This document shows, in pieces, positions 49,915 to 59,153 of a stretch of 64,000 nucleotides of DNA. Positions within the stretch are counted from its first letter, which is position 1. The number at the start of each line of letters is the position of its first letter. This DNA comes from Candidatus Latescibacterota bacterium (GTDB taxonomy: Bacteria; Latescibacterota; UBA2968; GCA-2709665). The notes beneath the pieces are model-generated. The model was not told the DNA's origin. It was given only the letters and a program-made list of their open reading frames with translations, and did not search any database. The position numbers and the translations under genes are program-made. The stretch spans positions 1,248,001 to 1,312,000 of the forward strand of contig OZ244937.1 of NCBI GenBank assembly GCA_965222075.1, in the 5' to 3' direction.

Positions 49915-50613
49915 CTACGGGGTATTCAAGCATCTGTATTTGAAGATTGTAAAGAGGATTTTCCAACCTGCTTTCAGGGTTCCTTTCACCGTACCGGTAA
50001 TTTTGGAAACGCCAATTCGACGTCGGTAGCTTACCGGCACCTCCTCTATTTTCAGTCCCTGCCTGGCCGCTTTGACCTGCATTTCCACGGTCCATCCAAA
50101 CGTCTTATCCTGCATATCCAGTTCTTTGAGTACCGGATAGCGAACCGCCCGGAAGGGTCCCAGGTCGGTATACCGCGTGCGGAAGAGACACCGGATGAGC
50201 CGGGTGGCCAGCCAGTTGCCGAACCAGGCCTGAGGCAGGAGCGCCCCGGGTTCCCTGCGGCCCAGGATGCGGGAACCGATCACGAGGTCGGCGCGGTGCT
50301 GGAGGATGGGGCCCACCAGATGGGGCATTTCGTCGGGGTGGTCGCTGTAGTCTCCGTCCAGAAAGACTACGATATCGGGCCGATTCAGGGCAGCCATACC
50401 CGCCAGACAGGCAAAGCCGTATCCTCTTTGGTCCTCCCGCACGATACGGGCGCCCATTTCGGCGGCCAGCCGGGCGGTTTGATCGGTTGACCCGTTGTCT
50501 ACCACCACGACCTCTGTGACAAGGCCGGAGGGGATATCGGCGATCACGTTCCGGATGGCCTCTTGTTCGTTGAACACGGGAATGATGACGGAGATGCGCG
50601 GAGAGGAGGACAT
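49915..50613 (-). CDS. Family 2 glycosyltransferase
   Basis: SVIIPVFNE, VVDNGSTD, FLDGD, TDLGPFRA, GWTVEMQ. Confidence 0.92.
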   Translation of the reverse strand: MSSSPRISVIIPVFNEQEAIRNVIADIPSGLVTEVVVVDNGSTDQTARLAAEMGARIVREDQRGYGFACLAGMAALNRPDIVVFLDGDYSDHPDEMPHLVGPILQHRADLVIGSRILGRREPGALLPQAWFGNWLATRLIRCLFRTRYTDLGPFRAVRYPVLKELDMQDKTFGWTVEMQVKAARQGLKIEEVPVSYRRRIGVSKITGTVKGTLKAGWKILFTIFKYRCLNTP

Positions 50614-50663
50614 GGGATTTCGGATCTCTGCTTTGCTGGATGCTACGTCTATACCGCCTCTTT

Positions 50664-51857
50664 CTAACCCCCAGACCCTGCTTTTCTGAGGGTCTCGGGG
50701 ACAAGGAGGGCAAAGGTGCCGACGGCCAGGAGGCCGATGCCGGAAATGGCAAAGGTGGCGGCGGAGAGGCTGAGGAGGTCTGCGATGCCCCCTACAACCA
50801 GCGGGCTGCCCATGTCCCCGCCATCTCCGATGAGCCGCCAGATGGCCAGGAATTCGCCTATGGATTCTCCGGGCGCCAGGTCGGCGCCCAGGGTCATCAT
50901 AGACCCCGAGCCGAGGCCGTTTCCCAGCCCGATGACGCTGGTGGCCAGGAGCAGGCCGAAAAAGCTGCCGGTGAACGGGATGAGGCTCATGCCCACCGTC
51001 TGAGTGAGGAAGCTGGGTACAGTGGCGTATTTTCGCCCGTACCGGTCCATCATCAGGCCGGCAGGGTAGAACATGGACATATCGAGGAAGGCGGAGACGC
51101 TGAGGATCCATCCGACGGCCTGGACGTTCAGCCCGATGATGTCGGCGGCGTAGAGCGGGACAATGACGTGCCGGCCTTTTCGGAGCGTCTGGGCAAAGAG
51201 CTGCCCCGAACCCGCTGTGGCCAGCTGCCGGTAGTGAGATTTGAAGACGCCAAAGAGGTGGCCCAGTTGTCCCTCTGGTGCGGAACCGGACACGCGGGTT
51301 TTTTCGATGGTGAGCGCCGAGGTGACGATCGTCAGAACGGCCAGTCCGGCATAGATGAGAAAGGCGCTCTTGAGCCCGTACAGGGCGCCAAACACACCCC
51401 CGACCGCGGGGCCTGCGAAGGTGCCGATGCGGTTGATGCCTCCAAAGACCGAGATGGCCCGGCCCCGCTGATAGGGGGATGTGACGCTGGCCAGATAGGT
51501 ATGGCGGGAGATGTTCCAGAGGGCGCCGCCGATTCCAGCGGCAAGACGATAGAGGACGACCTCGAAGACGGTCTGCGCCCAGACAAGGGCCAGGACGGAA
51601 AGGGCAACACAGGTGACGCCGAAGACCATAACCGGTTTTCTGCCGATTTTCCTGAGGAGGATGCCGGTGGGGAGATCGCCTGTCAGGTGCCCGATTCCTT
51701 CGGCGGCCAGGATGAGTCCGATCAGGCCATAAGAGGTGGCAAACGATTTGGCATAGAGGGGCAGGATGGGAATGATCATCCCGCGACCAAAGGAGAGAAT
51801 GAGGGTGGGGAGGTAGACGGGAAGGATGAGGCGGGTGCGGTTGTTTGCCTGGCTCAT
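50664..51857 (-). CDS. MFS transporter
   Basis: About 12 TM segments; motif A variants LRKIGRK and MDRYGRK. Confidence 0.9.
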   Translation of the reverse strand: MSQANNRTRLILPVYLPTLILSFGRGMIIPILPLYAKSFATSYGLIGLILAAEGIGHLTGDLPTGILLRKIGRKPVMVFGVTCVALSVLALVWAQTVFEVVLYRLAAGIGGALWNISRHTYLASVTSPYQRGRAISVFGGINRIGTFAGPAVGGVFGALYGLKSAFLIYAGLAVLTIVTSALTIEKTRVSGSAPEGQLGHLFGVFKSHYRQLATAGSGQLFAQTLRKGRHVIVPLYAADIIGLNVQAVGWILSVSAFLDMSMFYPAGLMMDRYGRKYATVPSFLTQTVGMSLIPFTGSFFGLLLATSVIGLGNGLGSGSMMTLGADLAPGESIGEFLAIWRLIGDGGDMGSPLVVGGIADLLSLSAATFAISGIGLLAVGTFALLVPETLRKAGSGG

Positions 51858-51906
51858 GGACTTTCCGGGCGTTGAATTGGGGCGTATGAAGCTGAATAAG
51901 GCCTAT

Positions 51907-51935
51907 ATAGTAACGACCTGGGGGGGATTTGTCAA
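51907..51935 (-). promoter_or_regulatory. Sigma70 promoter of the MFS-GT2 operon
   Basis: Minus strand TTGACA-17 nt-TACTAT. Confidence 0.6.
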
Positions 51936-52014
51936 GGAGGAGCTGGGGCATTGACACCCGATCAGGTGAGGCTGTTTCGCCACAACGGGAATGCATAGGG
52001 GTGTGGGAGGGTAT

Positions 52015-52737
52015 GTGACGCCCGAGACCGTCTTCTATGTGAGCGGGGTGATGTGGCTGGCTGCGAGCCTTCAGGGAGTGGCGGGGTTCGGATTTATGAT
52101 GCTGGCGGTACCGGGGTTGATCCTGGGGGCGCCGGCACAGGTGGTGGTTCCGGCCCTGATCCTGACCTGGCTGCCGCTTGGAACGGTGCAGGTGGTGCAG
52201 CTCCGCGCGAATGTAGACTGGGGGCTCCTGGCCTATCTGGTGGCCAGCGCCGCGTTCGGGTTGCCCCTGGGAGCGGTCATTTTGCGGGAGACCGATACGG
52301 AGACCATGCGGCGGGGAATTGGCGGGGTGTTGGTGGCGCTGGCCCTGCTTCTTCAGATGAAGCCCGGGGTGCCGCTTCGGCGTGAGGGGGCCGCCCGGGT
52401 GGGCGCAGGGTTTATCGCCGGGGTACTGGCGTCCGGCACGTCGGTGTCCGGGCCGCCCCTGGTGCTGCTGGGGGTGAAGCAGCGGTGGCAGGCGGACCGG
52501 TTTCGGGCGACGCTGCCGGCCTATTTTCTGGCGGTCTCCGTATTGTGCCTGCCCATCCACTGGGAAATGGATTTGCTGAACCGGGCAAGTGTTCAGCTGG
52601 CGGTAAGCGGCCTGCCCGGTGTGGTCCTGGGATATGCGACGGGAATCTGGCTGAAGGGGCGGGTCGGCGAAGCGTGGTTCCGGTGGGTGGTCCTGGGGAT
52701 GGTGATGGGGGGAGGGCTGGCGGCGGTGATGCTGTGA
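52015..52737 (+). CDS. TauE/SafE sulfite exporter family protein
   Basis: QGVAGFGF, GLPLG, SVSGPP, FRATL; hydrophobic. Confidence 0.85.
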   Translation: MTPETVFYVSGVMWLAASLQGVAGFGFMMLAVPGLILGAPAQVVVPALILTWLPLGTVQVVQLRANVDWGLLAYLVASAAFGLPLGAVILRETDTETMRRGIGGVLVALALLLQMKPGVPLRREGAARVGAGFIAGVLASGTSVSGPPLVLLGVKQRWQADRFRATLPAYFLAVSVLCLPIHWEMDLLNRASVQLAVSGLPGVVLGYATGIWLKGRVGEAWFRWVVLGMVMGGGLAAVML

Positions 52738-52810
52738 AATAAGATATGGTTGTGCCACTTCACTGGAGGATCCGATGGACGCGGACATTTGGAGGGCAGG
52801 AGAAATCTCC

Positions 52811-52839
52811 TTGACATCCGGCAGGAAAAACCGTACATT
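52811..52839 (+). promoter_or_regulatory. Sigma70 promoter of the structured RNA region
   Basis: TTGACA-17 nt-TACATT. Confidence 0.7.
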
Positions 52840-52845
52840 TTAACT

Positions 52846-53336
52846 TGAATCGAGAACCGATGTGATGTGCGGCAGCCATCCGAAAAGGTTCGGGTTTCGG
52901 CCGGGCGGTTTGCGTTACATGCATGCTTTGTCAGAGCTTTCGCTGACGGGAATCCAAATTCCAAAAGATGTGGATGGCGCAGGCCAAAGGCCTGATTGAA
53001 CAGAACCGCGGATGGGAGTTGCGGGCCGTGTGAACCTGCGATAGGAGGGGAATATGCCACCGGACAGGTTTGTGCGGCCGCGATGCGATGAGAGGTATCA
53101 GGAGTTTCATCGCGGCCGTTGAAACAAGGAGGTCATATGCAGTCGGCTGGATTTGTGCGGCCGCGACGGTGGTGAGCAGGGTTGTTCTTCGTCGCGGCCG
53201 TAGCGTTTTTCCAGCAGATATTCAGACGCTGATACGGCTGGCGGACGTGTGGAATCAACCCCGGGGGAGTATCAGCATCTGCCGAAATAGCCGACCGCCT
53301 GGGCTGAGGTAGCGATGCGTCCGGGCGGTTTTGTTC
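52846..53336 (+). ncRNA. Candidate ~490-nt structured RNA or leader of unknown class
   Basis: Promoter, at least six stems, a duplicated hairpin with a compensatory change, terminator; no credible long ORF. Confidence 0.6.
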
Positions 53337-53339
53337 TTT
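53293..53339 (+). terminator. Intrinsic terminator-like hairpin
   Basis: GACCGCCTGGGC / GTCCGGGCGGTT 12-bp stem followed by TTGTTCTTT. Confidence 0.65.
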
Positions 53340-53388
53340 GTGAAGAAAGAAAGATGATCCACGATAATTCGGTGAGGGGAGGACGTGC

Positions 53389-54351
53389 ATGAAAATTGTA
53401 CTGTACCCACCGGTGAGCGAGGACCTGTATGAGCGGGTGCGGCAAACAGCGCCTGAGGCCGAGGTGATGATGGCGGATGAGGAGAACGTCATTGCGGCTG
53501 TGGCCGATGCGGAGGTGCTGTTCGGATTTTTTTCAAAGGAGGAGATCCAGGCTGCACAAAGGCTGAAGTGGATCCAGTCCACCAGCGCAGGGATGGAGAA
53601 GCAGCTCGATATTCCGGAGGTCCGGGACAGCGATGTGATCATCTGCAGCGCCAGCGGCCTGCACGCGATTCAGGTGGCCGAGCACGCCTGGGCGCTGACG
53701 GCGGCGCTCTTCCGCGGCCTGTACGTCTTTTTTCGGAACCAGCTTGCGCACCGGTGGCAGGGGGCCCCGCTGGCGGACCTGTACGGCGCAACGGCCGGCA
53801 TTGTGGGATTCGGGGGGATCGGCCGGCAGTACGCGCAGCGGGCGCAGGCTTTCAGGATGCGCATCCTGGCCGTGGACGTCCAGGGGGGAGACAAACCGGC
53901 GTTTGTGGAGTCGCTGTGGGGGATCGACCGCTTGGACGATCTGCTGAAGGAGGCGGATGTGGTATGCTTAGCCTGCCCGCACACACCGGAGACGGAGAAG
54001 CTGATCGACGCGAGGGCGCTGAAGCTGATGAAGAAGACGGCGTTCCTGGTCAATACGGCGCGGGGACCGGTCGTGGATGAGGCCGCGCTTATCGAGGCCC
54101 TGAAGGCGGGGGAGATCGCGGGTGCGGGGCTGGATGTGTTCGAGGTGGAGCCGCTGCCTGCGGAGAGCCCGCTGTGGGATATGGAGAATGTGATCGTTAC
54201 CACCCACTCGGCCGGCGGATCGAGCTACCGCCACCGGCGGACGGTGGAATTTTTCTGCGAGAACCTGAAACGCTACCTGGCCGGCGAACCGCTCCTGAAC
54301 GAGGTGGACAAGACGCTCGGGTATCCCCTGCTGGACCGGCGGGCACAATAA
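53389..54351 (+). CDS. D-2-hydroxyacid dehydrogenase
   Basis: VAEHA, GFGGIG, PHTPET, NTARG, GLDVFEVEPL. Confidence 0.92.
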   Translation: MKIVLYPPVSEDLYERVRQTAPEAEVMMADEENVIAAVADAEVLFGFFSKEEIQAAQRLKWIQSTSAGMEKQLDIPEVRDSDVIICSASGLHAIQVAEHAWALTAALFRGLYVFFRNQLAHRWQGAPLADLYGATAGIVGFGGIGRQYAQRAQAFRMRILAVDVQGGDKPAFVESLWGIDRLDDLLKEADVVCLACPHTPETEKLIDARALKLMKKTAFLVNTARGPVVDEAALIEALKAGEIAGAGLDVFEVEPLPAESPLWDMENVIVTTHSAGGSSYRHRRTVEFFCENLKRYLAGEPLLNEVDKTLGYPLLDRRAQ

Positions 54352-54412
54352 GAAGCTTATTCCTGGCATTAACATGTAGTAAATCCAAGCAAGCAAGATA
54401 AGGTGGTATTTT

Positions 54413-55741
54413 GTGGCTGAGATCAGGCCCTTTCGGGGCATCCGCTACGACACCGACCGGGTGGGAGACGCAGGACGGGTGGTCGCCCCCCCGTACGATG
54501 TGATTGACGATGCGCTGCAGCAGGCGCTTTATGAGACGCATCCGAACAATGTGGTGCGGATTATCCGGGGTCGGGACGAGGCGGGTGACTCCGACGCGAA
54601 CAACCGCTACACCCGGGCGGCCGAGGCGTTTCGGGACTGGCAGACGGAGGGGGTGCTTCGGCGGGACGAGGAGGAGGGGATCTACCTCTACGCGCAGGAT
54701 TTCGAGGCGATCACACCGGCCGGGCCGGTCCCCAAGTCCCGGCTGGGGATTGTGACGCTGGTCCGGGTGGAGCCGTTTGGAGAGGGATATATTCTGCCGC
54801 ACGAACATACGATGCCGGGGCCCAAGGTGGACCGCTTAGCGTTGATGCGGCATATCGGGGCGACGTGCGGACAGATCTTTTCGCTGTATTCCGACCCGGA
54901 AGGCCGGGTTCGTGATGTTTTAAAAGGGCATCTTGAGGGTGAGCCCCTGTTTGGGTTTGAGGACCGGGAGGGGGTACAGCACCGGCTCTGGCGCGTGGCC
55001 GACCGGGAAGCGATCGAGGGGGTGGCGGCGTTTCTGGCCGACAAGCCGCTTTTTATCGCAGACGGTCACCACCGCTACGAGACCGCGGTGGTCTACCGGG
55101 ACGAACGGGCGCTGGCCGAAGGGGTCGCCCCGGACGGACAGCCTTATGGGTACCGCATGCAGACGCTGGTGAATATGGACGATACGGAGGGGATGGCGAT
55201 CTACCCCATCCACCGGGTGGTGATGGACCTGGGCGCCGACGGCGTTGCCCGGCTTGAGGCGGGGCTGCAGGAGCTGTTCGACGTGGAGCGGGCGTCCCTG
55301 GGGGAGACCCGCGAGGCGCTGCGGGAACTCCGGCGAGGAGGCCGGCAACAGGTGTTCGGGTTCTGCACGGGGGAAGCGAAGGAGGTCCAGTACCTGACCC
55401 TGAAACCGTCTGTCGATCCGGCAGCGCTGGACAAAGAGGAACACTCATCGGCCTGGCGTGGGCTGAATTCGGGACTGCTGCAACTCGTCCTGGGACACAT
55501 TCTGGACCTGGATTCCGAGACACTGACCCGGGGGGAGAAGGTGAAGTTTGTGAAGGTGGAGGCGGAGGCGCTCAGCCTGCTGAAGGAGGCGCCGGACAGG
55601 GCCGGGTTTTTCCTGAATCCGGTGGATATGGCGCGGCTGCGGGAGGTGGTCTTGGCCGGCGAGCGGATGCCGCCCAAGTCGACGTTTTTCTACCCCAAGG
55701 TCTACAGCGGGCTGGTGATTCAGGATTTGAATGCGTTTTAA
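54413..55741 (+). CDS. DUF1015 family protein
   Basis: APPYDVI, ILPHEHT, IADGHHRYETA, MPPKSTFFYPK. Confidence 0.92.
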   Translation: MAEIRPFRGIRYDTDRVGDAGRVVAPPYDVIDDALQQALYETHPNNVVRIIRGRDEAGDSDANNRYTRAAEAFRDWQTEGVLRRDEEEGIYLYAQDFEAITPAGPVPKSRLGIVTLVRVEPFGEGYILPHEHTMPGPKVDRLALMRHIGATCGQIFSLYSDPEGRVRDVLKGHLEGEPLFGFEDREGVQHRLWRVADREAIEGVAAFLADKPLFIADGHHRYETAVVYRDERALAEGVAPDGQPYGYRMQTLVNMDDTEGMAIYPIHRVVMDLGADGVARLEAGLQELFDVERASLGETREALRELRRGGRQQVFGFCTGEAKEVQYLTLKPSVDPAALDKEEHSSAWRGLNSGLLQLVLGHILDLDSETLTRGEKVKFVKVEAEALSLLKEAPDRAGFFLNPVDMARLREVVLAGERMPPKSTFFYPKVYSGLVIQDLNAF

Positions 55742-55817
55742 TTTCTTACCCGCAGGTTGCCTATGCGTCTGGTTTCGGGCCGTGTCATGCTGCCGATGCG
55801 GCCCGAGTTTTGTATCA

Positions 55818-56789
55818 TCAGATATCAATCCGGTACAGCGGCTCCAGGTCCTGGGCGATGCGGTCGACGTTTTCGGCGGCGCACCCGGCGCGTCTACGGG
55901 AGGTTTCGTAGGTGCAGCCGGCGATGTGGGGGGTGGTGATAACGTTGGGGAGCTGGTAGACGGGCGCGGTGGGGTCGGGCGGTTCGTCGGTGAAGGCGTC
56001 GATGCCTGCGCCACCGAGTTTGCCGTCGAAGAGGGCCTGGTGCAGGGCGGATTCGTCCACAAGGGCGCCCCGGGCGACGTTGACGAGACAGGCGGTCGGT
56101 TTCATAAGGGCGATCCGGCGGGCGTCGATGAGGCGGCGGGTCGCGTCGTTTACGTGCAGGTGGAGGGAGAGGTAGTCGCTTTCGGCCACCACCCGGTCGA
56201 TGTCGTCGGGCGTGCCCATCAGGTCGGGCCGGATTTCATTCAGGATTTCCGGCTCGATGGTCCGGATGTCGATGGCGAGGATGCGCATGCCGAAGGGTTT
56301 TGCGCGGCGGGCCAGTTCCTGGCCGCTGGCGCCGAATCCGATGATGCCGAGGTTCTTGCCACCCAGCTCCCATCCCAGTGGCACGTAGAGGGCGCGGGAC
56401 TGGAATTTTTCGATGCTCGGGCGGTACTGGTGGGCCAGCATGAGGATGAACATCATGGCGGTCTCGGCCAGGGCCTCACTGCTGAACTGGCCGGGGCAGT
56501 TGGCCGCCGGGATGTCTTTGGTTTTGATGTAGTCCAGGTCGAAGTGTTCAAAGCCGGTGCTCATAACCTGCCAGTGGCGGGCGTCTCTGGCGGCGTCCAT
56601 CATTTCATGCGTGCCAACGCTTCCGGCGTGGTCGATGACGACTTCAACGCCGTCGAACTGGGGGGCAAGGGGTTGGGTTTCGTCGAAGATGGACAGGTTG
56701 TGGCGGTCGCCTATGGCCTGGACGACGTCTTCGCACCAGGGGTGAAAGGCGTCTTTATCTGCAAGCAGCAGGACGTTTATTCGGCGCAT
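55818..56789 (-). CDS. D-2-hydroxyacid/phosphoglycerate dehydrogenase-like protein
   Basis: GFGASG, NVARG, GIDAFTDEP, TPHIAG. Confidence 0.88.
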   Translation of the reverse strand: MRRINVLLLADKDAFHPWCEDVVQAIGDRHNLSIFDETQPLAPQFDGVEVVIDHAGSVGTHEMMDAARDARHWQVMSTGFEHFDLDYIKTKDIPAANCPGQFSSEALAETAMMFILMLAHQYRPSIEKFQSRALYVPLGWELGGKNLGIIGFGASGQELARRAKPFGMRILAIDIRTIEPEILNEIRPDLMGTPDDIDRVVAESDYLSLHLHVNDATRRLIDARRIALMKPTACLVNVARGALVDESALHQALFDGKLGGAGIDAFTDEPPDPTAPVYQLPNVITTPHIAGCTYETSRRRAGCAAENVDRIAQDLEPLYRIDI

Positions 56790-56815
56790 GGGTTTGTCTC
56801 CCTGGTAAAGTGGTC

Positions 56816-57991
56816 CTACAGGATCGGCAGTTCTTCGCTTGCCGGGGTGGAGAGGACCTCGTACCCCTGGTCGGTGACGAGGACGTCCTCTTCAAGCATG
56901 AAGTATGCGTCATCGGTGTACAGGGATGGTTCGACGGTGAGGACCATGCCCTCCTCCAGGCGTGACGCATCTTCAAAGGCGATGAAGGGGGGCTCGATGA
57001 TGTCGAGGCCGATGGCATGGCCGATGCCGGTAACCGCGTAGTCCGGGTAGCCCGAGGTTTTCATTTTTGCATTCGAGGCGTGGACCAGGTCGGCGATGGG
57101 GACGCCGGGCTTGATGGCAGCGATGGCTGCCTGCAGGCAGTCGTAGACGGCCCGGTAGGCCTCTTTGTGTGCCTGGCTGGCCTGAGTGAGGGCGAACATG
57201 CGGGTGTAATCGGACCAGTAGCCCCGGTAGACGCCGCCGGCGTCGTGGGCGATGAGTTCGCCTTTGGTCAGCGTGCGGTCGGTGGGGCGCCGGAGGCTGC
57301 GGTTGGAGGTCCGGATGTTGCCGGGGATGTGCGCGGCGAGGGTGATTGAGCCCGGGATTTCGCCGCCCCGGTTGAGGTGTTCAACGGCGAGCAGGCGGTG
57401 GATCTCCCGTTCGGTTATGCCCGGCCTGACCGCTTTGAAGAGGGCCTGGTAGGCCCCGTTGGTGATGGATACGGCCTTGCGGATAAGGTCCACCTCGGCG
57501 GGGGATTTGCGGGCGCGGAGCTTCCAGAACAGGGGGGAGGCGTCGATGAATTCGGCCTGGGGCAGGTCTTGCTGCAACCGGCCGAAGTCCTGGAAGGGCA
57601 TGCGCATCCACAGGACGCCGCCGAGTTCCGCGCCGATTCTGGCTTTTTCCAGTCCCAGCTCTTTGACCGCTTCGGTGATGGCGTCCACGCCCTGCAGGGT
57701 GTGCACAGCCGGGAAGGTACGGATGGTCTCGATCCAGGAGTCCTCCGCGCACATGCCGGCTTCGATGGGGGGCACGATCAGGACGGGTTCCTTTTCTAAG
57801 GGCAGGAGGGCAAAAATGGCCGTATATTTGTGCGTCCAGCGGTGGGACGCATGGCCGGTGAAGTAGCGGTGGTTGGCGTCGGTGGTGATCAGTACGGCGT
57901 CCATCCCGTTCTCTGCCATCCGTTCTCTCAGACCGGTTATGCGGCGTTCGTATTCTTCGGGCGCAAAATCGGATAGATCATCCGTAAGCAT
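56816..57991 (-). CDS. M24 family Xaa-Pro peptidase
   Basis: RARKSPAE, DAGG..GYWSDYTR, GHAIG, TVEP, EED. Confidence 0.9.
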   Translation of the reverse strand: MLTDDLSDFAPEEYERRITGLRERMAENGMDAVLITTDANHRYFTGHASHRWTHKYTAIFALLPLEKEPVLIVPPIEAGMCAEDSWIETIRTFPAVHTLQGVDAITEAVKELGLEKARIGAELGGVLWMRMPFQDFGRLQQDLPQAEFIDASPLFWKLRARKSPAEVDLIRKAVSITNGAYQALFKAVRPGITEREIHRLLAVEHLNRGGEIPGSITLAAHIPGNIRTSNRSLRRPTDRTLTKGELIAHDAGGVYRGYWSDYTRMFALTQASQAHKEAYRAVYDCLQAAIAAIKPGVPIADLVHASNAKMKTSGYPDYAVTGIGHAIGLDIIEPPFIAFEDASRLEEGMVLTVEPSLYTDDAYFMLEEDVLVTDQGYEVLSTPASEELPIL

Positions 57992-58129
57992 GTGCGTTCT
58001 CCTTCACGATTTGAGGCGATCCGTAGACCTCCGGCCACGCCCGGTGCTGCAGGAAGATGTATTCATCGATGCATTTCCGGTTCGGGTCGATGGCGCCGAC
58101 GACCAGCGTCATCAGGTAGAGGGCATCCT

Positions 58130-58978
58130 ATGACGCTGGATGTATTCGCTCTGGTTCTGATTGCGGCTGTCCTGCATGCCCTGTGGAACTTTGCCGCCAG
58201 GAAGGCGGCGGGAAATTTGGGCGTGCTGTGGCTGGGCATATGGCTTGCAAGCGTTGTCTGCCTGCCGTTTGCATTATCCGTTCAGCCGTCCGCCGCATCC
58301 ATCCGGCTGGCGTCACCCTATATGGTCGCTACCGGTATAATCCACTGTTTCTATTATCTCTTTATGTGGAAGGCTTACGAAAAGGGGGAAATCTCTTTTG
58401 TCTATCCGATCGCCCGCGGCACCGGGGTGGTGGGGACGGCGGTGGCGGCCGGCATTTTTATTCATGAGCAGCTTTCGTTATTTGGCATTATCGGTATCGC
58501 TGCCATCTCTCTGGGCGTCCTGTCGCTGGGCCTGAATGAATTCGTGTCGCAAAAGAATATTAAGACAGGCCTTTTTGCATTGCTCCTTGGCGCTACGATT
58601 ATCGGCTATTCTGTCATCGATAAGGTGGGAGTCGGAAAAATTCATCCAATTTTCTATATTTTCTCGATGTTTGTCATCGCTTCGCTGGGTCTGTCGCCCT
58701 ATGTACTGCTTCGTCACAGAGACGCGTGTAGAGATGCATGGAGGACCATGAAGAAATACATCATCCTGATCGGTCCGGGTTCTATGGCCACGTATATCAT
58801 CATTCTTTTCACTTATAAAATCGGTCAGGTGAGTTATATTGTTGCCGTTCGAGAGTTTTCCGTGGTGGTCGGTTCGGCCCTGGGATTTCTCCTGCTGGGG
58901 GAACGGCTTACGCCTGGGAAATGCCTGGGAATAGCAGCGATTACCTTTGGTCTGGTTATGGTGAAGCTGGCGCAGTAG
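58130..58978 (+). CDS. EamA/DMT family transporter
   Basis: AAVLHALWN, SFVYPIARG, YSVIDK, AVREFS; visibly lower GC than its neighbours. Confidence 0.88.
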   Translation: MTLDVFALVLIAAVLHALWNFAARKAAGNLGVLWLGIWLASVVCLPFALSVQPSAASIRLASPYMVATGIIHCFYYLFMWKAYEKGEISFVYPIARGTGVVGTAVAAGIFIHEQLSLFGIIGIAAISLGVLSLGLNEFVSQKNIKTGLFALLLGATIIGYSVIDKVGVGKIHPIFYIFSMFVIASLGLSPYVLLRHRDACRDAWRTMKKYIILIGPGSMATYIIILFTYKIGQVSYIVAVREFSVVVGSALGFLLLGERLTPGKCLGIAAITFGLVMVKLAQ

Positions 58979-59153
58979 ATGTGCAAGATAGGTGAGCGAT
59001 GGGAGGGCGTCAAGGAGTGAATCGTCCGGTCAGCCTCATCGCACAGGACGAGATTTCGCTTTACACTTTGGTTCAACGCACATATCTTTTTTCAATCCTG
59101 AACGTTCATTTTACCGCAGAGACGCAAATATCGCAGAGAAAGGCGAAGACCGG

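Noticed and set aside
49915-52788. 957-aa minus-strand ORF
   Set aside because: Only the last 232 codons are a real GT2. The rest is an off-frame or antisense shadow of the MFS and TauE genes.
53173-53175. Selenocysteine read-through of the TGA in unit 2
   Set aside because: No recognisable bacterial SECIS after the codon and no equivalent Cys-aligned context.
53043-53203. CRISPR array
   Set aside because: Only two units, the variable part is inside the hairpin, and there are no cas genes in the window.
52846-53336. RNase P, tmRNA, SRP, 6S, TPP/cobalamin/c-di-GMP riboswitch or group II intron identity
   Set aside because: Only short partial look-alikes (GAACAGAACC, GAACCTG, GGGAA..AAATTCC, GTGCG). 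The required cores (GAGGAAAGTCC, tRNA-like ends, CTGAGA, domain V) are not present.
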